DNA of 29,507 nt from Myxococcota bacterium (GTDB taxonomy: Bacteria > Myxococcota_A > UBA796 > GCA-2862545): assembly GCA_039208735.1 (NCBI GenBank), contig JBCCQY010000111.1, forward strand, positions 1 through 29,507. The letters are read 5' to 3'. The notes under the pieces were generated by a model. The model saw only the letters and a program-made list of their open reading frames with translations, searched no databases and was not told the DNA's origin. Position 1 is the first letter of the stretch. The number at the start of each line of letters is the position of its first letter. Positions 1-8,503 of this stretch are shown piece by piece. The translations under genes were made by a program, and so were the position numbers.

Positions 1-1110
1 CGACGGGCCAAGGTTGGAGGGGCCGTTCTTAGAGAGGCTGACCTCCGAGAGGCCGACCTTTCCGGGGCCGACCTCCGGGTTGAGGGTCTGCGAGTCCCTC
101 GGCGAAGGTTCGGTCGGAGAGGCGAACGCCAGACCAACCTTTCCGAAGCCCGTCTCAGAAGGGCCAACCTCGAAGGTGCCAACCTCGAAGGGGTCTACTT
201 CCGAGACGCCGACCTTTCGGGGGCTAAACTCCGAAGTGCCAACCTCAAAGGGGCCGACCTTTCCAGGGCCGACCTCGAAGGGGTCGACCTCGAAGGGGCC
301 GACCTCGAAGACGCCAAACTCCGTAAGCCATACTCGAGCGCAACCCTCTCCCAACATCCGCCAGCCAGCGATCTTCCAGCCAACACCCTTCGGTTGGCCC
401 TGCGCAGGCCGCTCACCGGCCCTCAACAGCGGTTCTTCGTAAACCTCGCCACGGCGTACGGCGGGCGAAGTGTTCGCATTTGGCGGTATCAAGAGTTCGA
501 GGGTCGAGAGGAGGTCGGTTCGGAGCTGATTCTTGCATTTGGTGCACCAGGGCCGGTGCGTCGCTTCAAGGAATTGCTCCATGGCGATGGCGAGAAGATC
601 GTGGATGGCCCCACGTTGCTGGCCCGGCTGCTCTCTACAGCTCGCATGTCGAACGATGATGCGAATGGCCCACCCAAAGAGGATTCGGGTGGCCCTGACG
701 ATGAACCGGAGCCTGAACCACCGATCAGTAAGTTGGTTGCTGGCTCGCCTCTCTCGCAAGGGGACATTGAGAAACTCGTTCTTGAGGTTGCTGAAATCAA
801 GCGTGATACCCTTGAAATCAAGCGCGACAAGCAACTGAAAGACGAGCAGATACAGGCAATTAAGCGAGCCATAGCTAGTGTTTTGGTGCGCCTTTCCCAA
901 GCCTTGGAATTGATCGCGGGCCTCGAGGCAGTCATTGAGATCGGCGATGAGAGAGCGTCCAACCCCGACGGCTTCCTGACAGACGAACAACGTCATGCAA
1001 AGATCGCCGCCAAGACAGCGCAGCGCGCCGCGGTAGCCAAGGCCTTGGCCGAGTTGGTGGAGCATCGCGAAGCGATTGTTGCCCTGATCCAACAATGGTT
1101 CATGCTTTAG
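1..1110 (+). CDS. Pentapeptide-repeat protein with C-terminal coiled-coil/helical region (5'-truncated by window)
   Basis: Frame +1 is open from base 1 into the listed 394..1110 ORF and reads ADLREADLSGADLR...ANLEGANLEGVYFRDADLSGAKLRSANLKGADLSRADLEGVDLEGADLEDAKL, i.e. A(D/N)Lxx pentapeptides. The ORF track shows only the C-terminal part. Confidence 0.9.
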   Translation, partial: RRAKVGGAVLREADLREADLSGADLRVEGLRVPRRRFGRRGERQTNLSEARLRRANLEGANLEGVYFRDADLSGAKLRSANLKGADLSRADLEGVDLEGADLEDAKLRKPYSSATLSQHPPASDLPANTLRLALRRPLTGPQQRFFVNLATAYGGRSVRIWRYQEFEGREEVGSELILAFGAPGPVRRFKELLHGDGEKIVDGPTLLARLLSTARMSNDDANGPPKEDSGGPDDEPEPEPPISKLVAGSPLSQGDIEKLVLEVAEIKRDTLEIKRDKQLKDEQIQAIKRAIASVLVRLSQALELIAGLEAVIEIGDERASNPDGFLTDEQRHAKIAAKTAQRAAVAKALAELVEHREAIVALIQQWFML

Positions 1111-1124
1111 GTTGGCGGCTACCA

Positions 1125-1493
1125 TCAGGAAACTTCCTTCGACGTCGATCGAAGTCGGCCACGCGCTGCCCACTTCTCGATCACTTCGGTCGCCCTCTCG
1201 CGGTCTTCGTTGGTTCGAAGAACGAATACGGGCGGCCCATCATCGTGCACCGCGTGGGATCCACGTCGACTTCGGCGCTCCGCCATGGTGAGAGACGGCG
1301 TTGACGCTTCGTCTTGGGGGCCTTTGGCCCGTGTTTGCCACGCGCCCCTCGCCACTCGTCGGTGCACCTCGCGCACCGTGGCGTCGGGGTCGATCTCCTC
1401 TTCGCGGAGCGCGGCTTCAAGCTCGTCGTCGGTCAGCTCGGCACTCGCGATGAAGTTCACGAAGGCGTCGAAGTTGTCAATGAGAGTGCTCAC
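1125..1493 (-). CDS. Phage hypothetical protein (last gene of leftward operon)
   Basis: 122 aa; GTG start overlaps upstream TGA, with GGAGG RBS; acidic helical N-terminus. Confidence 0.7.
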   Translation of the reverse strand: MSTLIDNFDAFVNFIASAELTDDELEAALREEEIDPDATVREVHRRVARGAWQTRAKGPQDEASTPSLTMAERRSRRGSHAVHDDGPPVFVLRTNEDRERATEVIEKWAARGRLRSTSKEVS

Positions 1494-2089
1494 GATTTGC
1501 CTCCAAACAGGAGTGCCTGTCCCGCATCTTCAAGAGCTTCCCGCTCGGCCAATGCGGCACGCTGTTCGCGGCGTCGGTAGGGCGGCGGCTTCAGCCCTCG
1601 TTGGACCTGGATTTCATCGAGCCAGACCTTGTACGGATTCCAACGACGTGCGCCAAACGGGTAGGCCTGGCGGAGAGCCGCCCTAATCGAGGCTTCTGGC
1701 TGCCCGGCGGTCTTCTCAAGCACCCGTCGAATGATGGGACGAACTGCGTCGCGGGTTGTTGGGAAATGACTGCTGAAACGAGGCGTTTTCAGCTTCCCAG
1801 CCTTCACAGTCCAGCGGTATCCGCGTGGCCAGCGAGTTGCTATCAGTTCTCCCTCCTCTTCCATGGAGACGAGGTGCTCGAGCACGAGCTGGGGTGTGCC
1901 ACCTAGAAGACACCAGATCTCTCGCGTGAACTTGCCTTTCGCGGAACCTCGGACAAACCGAAGAACGGTCTCTCGAGTCTCACTCGAGGGTCGAGCCATG
2001 CGAAGCTCAAGGGCTGCATCGCGAGCAACCGCCTCCTCTTCGCCCGTCATGGCCGGGTAGTACGGAACAGGATTGGCGGCGGACGTCAC
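1490..2089 (-). CDS. Phage hypothetical protein, possible N-terminal winged helix
   Basis: Start is GTG 2089 (VTSAANP) or ATG 2050; wHTH-like segment (TREIWCLLGGTPQLVLEHLVSMEEEGELI) and C-terminal AYPFGARRWNPYKVWLDEI. Confidence 0.65.
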   Translation of the reverse strand: MTSAANPVPYYPAMTGEEEAVARDAALELRMARPSSETRETVLRFVRGSAKGKFTREIWCLLGGTPQLVLEHLVSMEEEGELIATRWPRGYRWTVKAGKLKTPRFSSHFPTTRDAVRPIIRRVLEKTAGQPEASIRAALRQAYPFGARRWNPYKVWLDEIQVQRGLKPPPYRRREQRAALAEREALEDAGQALLFGGKS

Positions 2090-2102
2090 CGCTGAGCTGC
2101 GG

Positions 2103-2414
2103 TCACCAGCCACGGGGTACCTCCGCGTCGTCGCGCCACTCGCTGACGCGCTTGCGTTCGGCTTTGGCCAGCTCCCTGGCGGCGGTGATGAGGTCGCGCA
2201 TCGCGCGGGCGTTGCCCCAGCGGGCACCAGTCAGCCAAGCGGACGGGTCCAGCACCGGGCCCGTGGCCTCGAGTCGACCCAGCCGGTTGAGGGATTCCTG
2301 AAAGACCTCGTCGGGCACGTGGCCGAACATCTCGATCATGAGCCCGACCTTGATGCCGTGCTCCTTGCCGAGGATGGCCTCCCAGAACGTGGCGGCGGAC
2401 TTCACGTCAGACAT
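2103..2414 (-). CDS. Phage hypothetical protein
   Basis: 103 aa; GGAGG RBS; overlaps upstream stop. Confidence 0.7.
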   Translation of the reverse strand: MSDVKSAATFWEAILGKEHGIKVGLMIEMFGHVPDEVFQESLNRLGRLEATGPVLDPSAWLTGARWGNARAMRDLITAARELAKAERKRVSEWRDDAEVPRGW

Positions 2415-2898
2415 GCTCGACCTCCACCCTCACGGATGAGTGGTCCTTGAACACCACCATGCGGCGTCCATTCGCAGTCACGACAAAGCTGCCGCCAGCG
2501 TATTCGCAGACTTCGTCAAGCCCACCGTGGACCTCACGAGCCCATGCTTCGACGGCGCCTTCCACCGAAGCCGACCAGACCCCGATAGAGCTGTCGGGCT
2601 CCTCTTCATCAGCAACCACGAAATAGCGGGCAAGCCGTTCGCGAAGCCGCGCGTCAACGACCAAGATGAGCGCGCCACAGATAGCGTCCTGTTCGGTTTC
2701 GAAGCAGTGGCGCTTCTCGGAAAAAGCGTCGTCGTGCGACGCCAAAGATGCCACGCACCACTCATCGTCCTCCCACCAGACAGACACGCGTTTGTCAAGC
2801 GCGACGCGCGCTGCCTCATCCATTTCGATGCTGAGCTCTCGATCAGAAAATGCGGACCACAATCGCCGGATCAGATCCGGGTTGGCGGCGGACGTCAC
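2407..2898 (-). CDS. Phage hypothetical protein
   Basis: 163 aa, acidic; GTGA-coupled to upstream small ORF. Confidence 0.7.
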   Translation of the reverse strand: MTSAANPDLIRRLWSAFSDRELSIEMDEAARVALDKRVSVWWEDDEWCVASLASHDDAFSEKRHCFETEQDAICGALILVVDARLRERLARYFVVADEEEPDSSIGVWSASVEGAVEAWAREVHGGLDEVCEYAGGSFVVTANGRRMVVFKDHSSVRVEVEHV

Positions 2899-3059
2899 GA
2901 TTCACCCCCAATGATGGCGATGAGGCGTAGCCACCAGTCTGGCGGCTGGGTTGCAAAGTCTCGACGACGCGCCGCGGTAAGGTACAGGCGCTGACGCTGA
3001 GCCGGCTTCAACGAGCCCATTGCACGCTTTACGTCTTCCCACGTGGCTTTAGCCGTCAT
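2895..3059 (-). CDS. Small phage hypothetical protein (54 aa, not in ORF track)
   Basis: MTAKATWEDVKRAMGSLKPAQRQRLYLTAARRRDFATQPPDWWLRLIAIIGGES*; ATGA overlap upstream and GTGA overlap downstream fill the gap exactly. Confidence 0.7.
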   Translation of the reverse strand: MTAKATWEDVKRAMGSLKPAQRQRLYLTAARRRDFATQPPDWWLRLIAIIGGES

Positions 3060-3703
3060 GACGGATCCGTTGGTTCAACGCATGCATGCGGAACCCAGAC
3101 CGTCAGTTCGCTTTGAAGCTGAACCAAAATGTCCTTGCCGATCGAAACGATGGTGCCCGTCTGCGAAGCGGCCAAGGCATTGCGTGCAAAGACATGCTCC
3201 ACCAGGTGGAGATTGACGAAACGAACCGTGTTGCCCACCTGTAGGGCCTGCCCTGCGGATTCGAGGAGTTCGAGCCCCAAGAGGTCCTCCTCCTCTCGCC
3301 GACCGGTCAGCTCATGGATGACTTCGTTTGCCAGCGCTGAAGGGGCCGCACTGTAGCGACCCGTCGCGTTCTCGAGGGGCCGGCAAAGCTCCACAACGCG
3401 AGCCACTCGCCATTCCAAGCGAGACAACGCCAACAGCAACGCACGACCTTCTCTCGGCGTCGTCCCTGCTCCTCGCTCAAGGATGTCCCTTGCCTTCGCA
3501 AGAGTCGTTTGCTGATGGACCGGGTCAAGCTCCTTCGCGACCACTGCGGTCGCCTCGGGGGCGCCCTCGAGGCGAAAGCCCTCCTCGGTCCAGGTCACGA
3601 TGGCCTCACCTGCGTTGTGGATGTGAAGGCGCACCTTGCTCATTTCGCCTCTTTCGACTTGGATTCCTTCGTGGTGCGATGGCCGTGAGTCGGTTGTCTT
3701 CAT
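3056..3703 (-). CDS. Phage hypothetical protein (possible C-terminal SH3/KOW-like barrel)
   Basis: 215 aa, ATGA-coupled; C-terminal LQVGNTVRFV...TGTIVSI...ILVQL...VWV pattern. Confidence 0.65.
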   Translation of the reverse strand: MKTTDSRPSHHEGIQVERGEMSKVRLHIHNAGEAIVTWTEEGFRLEGAPEATAVVAKELDPVHQQTTLAKARDILERGAGTTPREGRALLLALSRLEWRVARVVELCRPLENATGRYSAAPSALANEVIHELTGRREEEDLLGLELLESAGQALQVGNTVRFVNLHLVEHVFARNALAASQTGTIVSIGKDILVQLQSELTVWVPHACVEPTDPS

Positions 3704-3957
3704 CGTCGACTCTCAAACACCGCGTTGATGGCCTCTTCAACGAGGCCATCGGCCTGCGCGTCCGCGCCCAGGCGCTCTGGGCACCTGCGACAATCCGGCT
3801 GGGTGACCTCGCCTTCGGGATGCGTCCATTCGTGAAGCGTCAGGCCACAAGCCGTCCTCCGAAGCCCGGATACGACCTGGTAGGTTGGCACGAGGTGCCA
3901 TCTCCGGGCACGAGGCGGCCGCGCACGGACCCACCCCACAGGGACTTCAGCAGCCAC
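3700..3957 (-). CDS. Small putative zinc-finger protein
   Basis: GTG 3957 after GGAGGTG; WH...TACG...CRRC ligand pattern. Confidence 0.6.
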   Translation of the reverse strand: MAAEVPVGWVRARPPRARRWHLVPTYQVVSGLRRTACGLTLHEWTHPEGEVTQPDCRRCPERLGADAQADGLVEEAINAVFESRR

Positions 3958-4267
3958 GCGCCACCTCCCCGCGCTCTTGGTCCGATGCCCCAAGACCCAC
4001 GTCGATTGCACGCCAGCGGGTTTCGCCCTCCACGTTGACGGACATCACGACCTCGAGGCTCTGCATGTCGAAGAGCGTCGCGTCGAGCCTCCCGCTCGGA
4101 ATGTCAGGAAACAGCTCGACAAGAGCACCAAGCGACATCGGCCCCTCCTGGCGGAGAATCCCGATGATCTGCACGTGCAACGCCATGGGCCCGGTTGGTC
4201 TCGGGCCTGGGTCTTGCGGCGCGCCCGCGGGCTGGTTCGCCATGAATCGAAGAAGGAACGGGCTCAT
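3947..4267 (-). CDS. Phage protein with winged-helix-like domain
   Basis: ATG 4267 coupled to upstream TGA; QIIGILRQEGPMSLGALVELF...LDATLFDMQSLEVV. Confidence 0.6.
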   Translation of the reverse strand: MSPFLLRFMANQPAGAPQDPGPRPTGPMALHVQIIGILRQEGPMSLGALVELFPDIPSGRLDATLFDMQSLEVVMSVNVEGETRWRAIDVGLGASDQERGEVARGC

Positions 4268-4929
4268 GACCCTCCTCCAAGGAGAGCGCGAGTGGCCCAA
4301 TAGATGTGCTTCTTTCCCTGCTTTGCCTTCCCGAGCTTGCCTCGTTTGAGAAGGTCTCCGACTGCGCGCCGGACAGAGGTACGCCCCCAACCGAGCCCAG
4401 TGGTCATCTGCTCCATGGTGACGTGCCGGTCGCCAGCTTCATGCCGCTCCGACAGCCACGTGAGAAGGGCCTGCCCTCGGTCCCGAACCGGTGTTCCTCC
4501 GTCCGTCTTCTCGAGGGATTCCCCGACCGGTTCGAGTTCGACAGCATTGGCCACATTCGAGCCATCATCCGCGTCGGGCTGGTCAGAAGTGGCCATCCCA
4601 AGTGGCCGTGACGCCAGCCGGCAAAACGTAGTTGGCCGGCCATGTTTACCGGCTACTGCGGGGCGCTCCTCGAGGACGATGAGTCCCCACGTGGCCGCGA
4701 GCTGTAAGCCGGGCAGAACGTGTCGGTCTTCGACCGTCCGCCACGAGCCATCGCGTCGCTGGTACTCGGCGTTGGCTTCCCAACCGGCGACGCAGCGCCG
4801 CACATCCCAAAGGGTCACCCATCCGTCGGGCGACCGAAGGTGAAGGGCCGCTTTGTAGACGGTGTTCGCCGCGTACATGGCTCGTACCAGAGGCGGATGC
4901 TGCCTCGTTCGTCGTGGCTGCATGGTCAT
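4264..4929 (-). CDS. Phage protein with C-terminal winged HTH
   Basis: ATG 4929 (ATGA coupling); VTMEQMTTGLGWGRTSVRRAVGDLLKRGKL. Confidence 0.7.
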   Translation of the reverse strand: MTMQPRRTRQHPPLVRAMYAANTVYKAALHLRSPDGWVTLWDVRRCVAGWEANAEYQRRDGSWRTVEDRHVLPGLQLAATWGLIVLEERPAVAGKHGRPTTFCRLASRPLGMATSDQPDADDGSNVANAVELEPVGESLEKTDGGTPVRDRGQALLTWLSERHEAGDRHVTMEQMTTGLGWGRTSVRRAVGDLLKRGKLGKAKQGKKHIYWATRALLGGGS

Positions 4930-5279
4930 GAGGCCTCCACGGGGCATTCGCCGGGCTCATCGCTGCGTACGCTCGATGCATAGGTGCCGCGATGCGTCGG
5001 TTCGAGTTCGCGCTGTACGGCTTCGGGTTCGGATGGCATGCGGCCATGCACCCACGCCTCGGTCTCGAGTCGGGGGTAGGCCCCTTCGGCGAAGCGACGG
5101 CGAAACGCGTCAAGCACAGATTCGTCGGTCGCAATTTCACCGTACAGGCGTCGGAATTCGTCGAGGGGGCACCGGGGATGATCGGGCGACCGGCTGCCAC
5201 CCACGCTGTAGAGCACCAATGCGTACGCGACGGCATCGGCATTTCGGCCCAGGTGGGTGCGATGGGCAAGCGTCGGCAT
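4926..5279 (-). CDS. Phage hypothetical protein
   Basis: ATG 5279 overlaps upstream TGA; about 117 aa. Confidence 0.6.
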   Translation of the reverse strand: MPTLAHRTHLGRNADAVAYALVLYSVGGSRSPDHPRCPLDEFRRLYGEIATDESVLDAFRRRFAEGAYPRLETEAWVHGRMPSEPEAVQRELEPTHRGTYASSVRSDEPGECPVEAS

Positions 5280-5587
5280 CACACCCCCCAGCTCTGGACG
5301 AGGTTGCGGTGCTTGCCGCCGTCGAACTCCGCAACGAACCGGTCGATCCCGTCCGTGCCCTTGACCATGTTCGAAAGGTCCTCTCCCCAACGGACTTCGA
5401 CGTGGTCGAGGCCATCCATGCAGACCACGGCATCGTCTGCGCCCAGCGCTTGGAGATGGCGCGCCAACACGCACTCGCCGGCTCTGCCCGGCACGCCCTT
5501 GCGTTCAAGCGCCTCGAGGGTTGACGCAATCTCCTCGGGCGTGGTGCCGAGCAACGCAATCTCGTGGGTCACCTGGGCGATGGTCAC
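5279..5587 (-). CDS. Phage hypothetical protein
   Basis: 102 aa; GGAGG RBS and GTGA coupling. Confidence 0.7.
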   Translation of the reverse strand: MTIAQVTHEIALLGTTPEEIASTLEALERKGVPGRAGECVLARHLQALGADDAVVCMDGLDHVEVRWGEDLSNMVKGTDGIDRFVAEFDGGKHRNLVQSWGV

Positions 5588-5826
5588 GCGACCTCCAGGT
5601 ACTGCTCGAGGTCGGTTTCATCGAGGTCTTCGACCTCGAACACCGGGATGTCGGGCCCATCCGGGTCCTCGAGGTCGAGGGGTTCGCCACCCTCATCCAC
5701 CCAGGGGGCATCGTCCCAAAACGGGGTGTCCCGGGTGTGCTTGTCGAGCAGCTGCTCGTAGGTGCGTTGCCGCACTTCGAGCGGGAACTTGATGTCGAAT
5801 GCCTCCCAGACCTGGTCGAAGGTCAT
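5584..5826 (-). CDS. Small highly acidic phage protein
   Basis: 80 aa; D/E-rich C-terminal half; ATGA coupling. Confidence 0.7.
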   Translation of the reverse strand: MTFDQVWEAFDIKFPLEVRQRTYEQLLDKHTRDTPFWDDAPWVDEGGEPLDLEDPDGPDIPVFEVEDLDETDLEQYLEVA

Positions 5827-5993
5827 GCCGCACCACCCTTCGTGAGCAGCCAGGCACTCGCGGCTCGGGTGAGCCGGTGCTCGGGATGACCGGTCGTCAC
5901 GAGCTGCCGTGCGTAGCGCTTCAAACAGCGCGCCTTGTTCGCTTGCCGTGCGTGACGAAAGGATTGTTTCAGGGCTTTCGTATTCCTGGACAT
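5823..5993 (-). CDS. Small basic phage protein
   Basis: ATG 5993 after GGAGG; 56 aa ending KGGAA* with coupling to the next gene. Confidence 0.6.
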   Translation of the reverse strand: MSRNTKALKQSFRHARQANKARCLKRYARQLVTTGHPEHRLTRAASAWLLTKGGAA

Positions 5994-6124
5994 GTCGGGA
6001 CCTCCCACCACATCGAGCCCGAGTCCTTTCGGACGTCAGGCAGAGCGATGCGGTGGTGGTGGCCCGGCGGCAGCCGTGAAGACGTAAGCAGAGGTGGTGA
6101 ATGCCACCGCCGAGCCGGTAAGCG

Positions 6125-6784
6125 TCACTTCGCGGGCGTGGCCTCCGAAAACGGCTCGGTCATGCCGAGCGTGTCCCAAGCTGTGCCCTCCTCGAACGCA
6201 TCGAGCAGACCATCGCGTTTGCTTTGCTCCCACGTCGAGGGCTTGCCCCACCGACGCCCCTCGCACGCCGCCTTCACCGCGTCGTAGGACGTGCCGTGCT
6301 GGTTGAGCGCTGCACAAAACCGTGCGCGGTCCCTCGCCCAGGACACGTGATGCGGGGCGGGCTGTGGTCGTGCCGCGGTGGCGAGCGATTCGCCGTCATC
6401 GTCCTCGCAGCCGGCCACCCCGACGATGGACTCGAAGGCGGTGCGACGAGCATAGGTCACCGCGGACCTTGCCTTCTGTGGGTCCTGGACCTCTGGAAGC
6501 AGGGACCGGCTGACCAGTTCGTTCGTGCCAGTGCCATCGCCGATCCACAACCGGGTGACGAGAACCTGGCGGCCGCTATCGAGGATGTCGAGCAGCTGGG
6601 TGAACGCAATCCCATGCTTCGCCAGCACCGGCCGCACGACTTCGAGCAGATCGTCCATGCCCGCGTAGCTGGACTTGAAGTGCGGGTTCGTCTTGCGCTT
6701 GGGCGGGTCCTTCATGTCGCCCTGCGCAGCGGCGAGCGCTTCGCCAAGCGTCGCATATTGGGTTGAACGGACTGCCTTCGTCAT
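6125..6784 (-). CDS. erf: ERF-family ssDNA-annealing (recombination) protein
   Basis: AAGGAGG RBS and ATG 6784; ALAAAQ...KTNPHFKSSYA...VRPVLAKHGI...SAVTYARR...GVAGCEDDDG are ERF hallmarks. Confidence 0.9.
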   Translation of the reverse strand: MTKAVRSTQYATLGEALAAAQGDMKDPPKRKTNPHFKSSYAGMDDLLEVVRPVLAKHGIAFTQLLDILDSGRQVLVTRLWIGDGTGTNELVSRSLLPEVQDPQKARSAVTYARRTAFESIVGVAGCEDDDGESLATAARPQPAPHHVSWARDRARFCAALNQHGTSYDAVKAACEGRRWGKPSTWEQSKRDGLLDAFEEGTAWDTLGMTEPFSEATPAK

Positions 6785-6905
6785 GCCGTCCTCCTTGCGG
6801 GGGCGATCGCCTCTGACCCGCCTTTGAGTACTTGAATTGCAACCGGGTGCGCGGTGAGGTTCACGATCGCGCTCCGCACAGGTCGGGCCTGTGCGCCATT
6901 GGCGG

Positions 6906-6924
6906 GGTTCACAGGGCGTGAACC
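6906..6924. promoter_or_regulatory. Palindrome GGTTCAC-N5-GTGAACC upstream of the leftward operon (candidate operator)
   Basis: Perfect 7-bp inverted repeat in the intergenic region; an extra GGTTCAC half-site lies near 6859. Confidence 0.35.
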
Positions 6925-7055
6925 GTAGGAGGGCGAGTTGCCGTCCGGGTAATGACCTGGAGAAACCGAATGGTAACCGTGGCAATTCGGCAGGACCGAA
7001 CCAACAACGGTCCAAGCCGTATTCTCGGCCTGTTGATGAGGCGGCGATTGCCCCG

Positions 7056-7083
7056 GATCAAACGCCTTGCACGGCCTTGCAAG
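7056..7083 (+). promoter_or_regulatory. 28-bp upstream motif with tandem CTTGCA (copy 1)
   Basis: GATCAAACGCCTTGCACGGCCTTGCAAG; 23/28 identical to the reverse complement of 10045-10072. Confidence 0.5.
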
Positions 7084-7128
7084 GCACCTGGCCGTTAAGG
7101 TTTCGGACCGAAAAGTCAGAGGCCATTC

Positions 7129-7416
7129 ATGGGTGATGTCGCGGTCAACGCAACCTTTCTGCCCCACGCCGACGAAAACGGCCCGGTGGATCAGAAACTT
7201 CACATGCACCATGGTGCGACCGGACTTGATTCCAGACTGCCAGTCACCCTTGGAGAATGGAATCAGCTGCGTGTTCATGCTCGAGCAAACCAGCGGTCCC
7301 AGTTCGAAACGATCATCAAGACGTTGGCCCTTCCTGGCGGATGGGGCCCCAAGCGACTTGATGCCGCCTGGAACTCGGCGGTGCAGAACTGGGCTGATGG
7401 GTCGACGCACGGTTAG
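7129..7416 (+). CDS. Hypothetical protein
   Basis: 95 aa; GAGG RBS; protein-like composition; co-oriented with 7433..7990. Confidence 0.5.
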   Translation: MGDVAVNATFLPHADENGPVDQKLHMHHGATGLDSRLPVTLGEWNQLRVHARANQRSQFETIIKTLALPGGWGPKRLDAAWNSAVQNWADGSTHG

Positions 7417-7432
7417 TGTCTCCAGCGATCCC

Positions 7433-7990
7433 ATGACAGTAGCACTAACCATTATTCGACGAGGCGCGCAAGCCGAAGTCAAGAGAAGCCTGCATATGCG
7501 GCATCCCGACGGAACTACTACAGACGACCTCTACTCGAATGCACTCATGCTCATTGGCTACGAGGCGAGCCGCGACGTGAAGAAGCGAATGGTTTCGCTC
7601 TACCACATGCTCATGGAGCCTCCCGAAGCAGCACTCCGACGAGCTGTAGAAGAGTTGGACGCGCAGGGTCACGCGATTGACATTGAGGTGATCTCAAAGG
7701 ACCCGAACGCCATTATTGCGGTTATTTCAGACGATTTTGAAATCGAAGCTCTATCGGGTGCCTACCTCAGTCGCGATGATTGCCTTGCTGGAAGGGGGCG
7801 TGATGTCGCATGGCTGCGGCGTCATGAAGCCATTCAAGACACCATGCCAATGGACCTGCACGATCGGTGTGTGCAGTCTGGTTCAAAGCAGAACGGTTCC
7901 AGTCAGCTCGAACATTGGATTGGCGTGGCGCTACCAACAGCAGCTGGCGGCTCAGTCTTGGCTCTCTTCCGCACTTCGATGCCTGAGTGA
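7433..7990 (+). CDS. Hypothetical protein with possible C-terminal PAS-like domain
   Basis: ATG 7433; DPNAIIAVISDDFEIEALSGAY...GRDV...LHDRCVQSG...WIGVALPTAAGGSVLALFR follows the PAS strand/helix pattern. Confidence 0.55.
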   Translation: MTVALTIIRRGAQAEVKRSLHMRHPDGTTTDDLYSNALMLIGYEASRDVKKRMVSLYHMLMEPPEAALRRAVEELDAQGHAIDIEVISKDPNAIIAVISDDFEIEALSGAYLSRDDCLAGRGRDVAWLRRHEAIQDTMPMDLHDRCVQSGSKQNGSSQLEHWIGVALPTAAGGSVLALFRTSMPE

Positions 7991-8368
7991 ATCCTCGTCT
8001 CGGAACTCTGACTTTCGCTCGTCGCGCAACGATCGAATGAAGAGGGTCAGAATCCGAACAAATCGTTGCTCAATCCAGCCAAGGAGTTCCACCAGCTCGC
8101 GGAGCAACGCTTGACGGTCCTCCGGCAGTCTACGAATGCGGCTCGCCATACCCGTGCCTCGGTACGGTATTACTTGCTCGAGATCTCCATTACAGACCTC
8201 GACCCATGCCAGCAAGTTCTCCACCGACATGCCGGAACGACCAGTCTCAACCAGACCGACAAGTGACCGGCTGACCCCGATTTCTTTGGCCAGCGCAGCT
8301 TGCGATAGTCCAGCCTCTTCCCGCATCGCCTTGAGGTGAAGGGCACGGACATCCGGGTCGTGACTCAC
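7952..8368 (-). CDS. XRE-family HTH repressor (CI-like, no S24 peptidase domain)
   Basis: LKAMREEAGLSQAALAKEIGVSRSLVGLVETGR; GGAGG RBS; divergent from a second XRE gene. Confidence 0.9.
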   Translation of the reverse strand: MSHDPDVRALHLKAMREEAGLSQAALAKEIGVSRSLVGLVETGRSGMSVENLLAWVEVCNGDLEQVIPYRGTGMASRIRRLPEDRQALLRELVELLGWIEQRFVRILTLFIRSLRDERKSEFRDEDSLRHRSAEESQD

Positions 8369-8439
8369 CGCTTCCTCCGTGCGCGTCCGAGGTCCTCACA
8401 GACGGGCTCCAGGTAATGCCAGGCCCTGTCACTCGCACC

Positions 8440-8475
8440 TTGCAGTGATTTGATTGTCAGTATAGCTATCAATCA
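8440..8475. promoter_or_regulatory. Immunity-switch promoter/operator region
   Basis: AT-rich patch between divergent XRE genes: TGATTG-N13-CAATCA inverted repeat (8451-8475), internal ATAGCTAT palindrome, TTGCAG...TATAGC sigma70-like boxes. Confidence 0.55.
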
Positions 8476-8503
8476 TTCGCCCGCTGTTAGCAGGAGGCGC
8501 CCA

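Noticed and set aside
14..442. 142-aa PTS/PTF-repeat ORF
   Set aside because: Off-frame reading of the pentapeptide repeats; frame +1 gives canonical ADLxx repeats.
7066..7082. Sigma54 promoter
   Set aside because: TTGCACGGCCTTGCA lacks the -24 GG and the GG-N10-GC spacing.
6781..7482. 233-aa minus-strand ORF and N-terminal extensions of the ERF and 7067..7990 ORFs
   Set aside because: Low-information translations spanning a regulatory region; better starts exist at 6784, 7129 and 7433.
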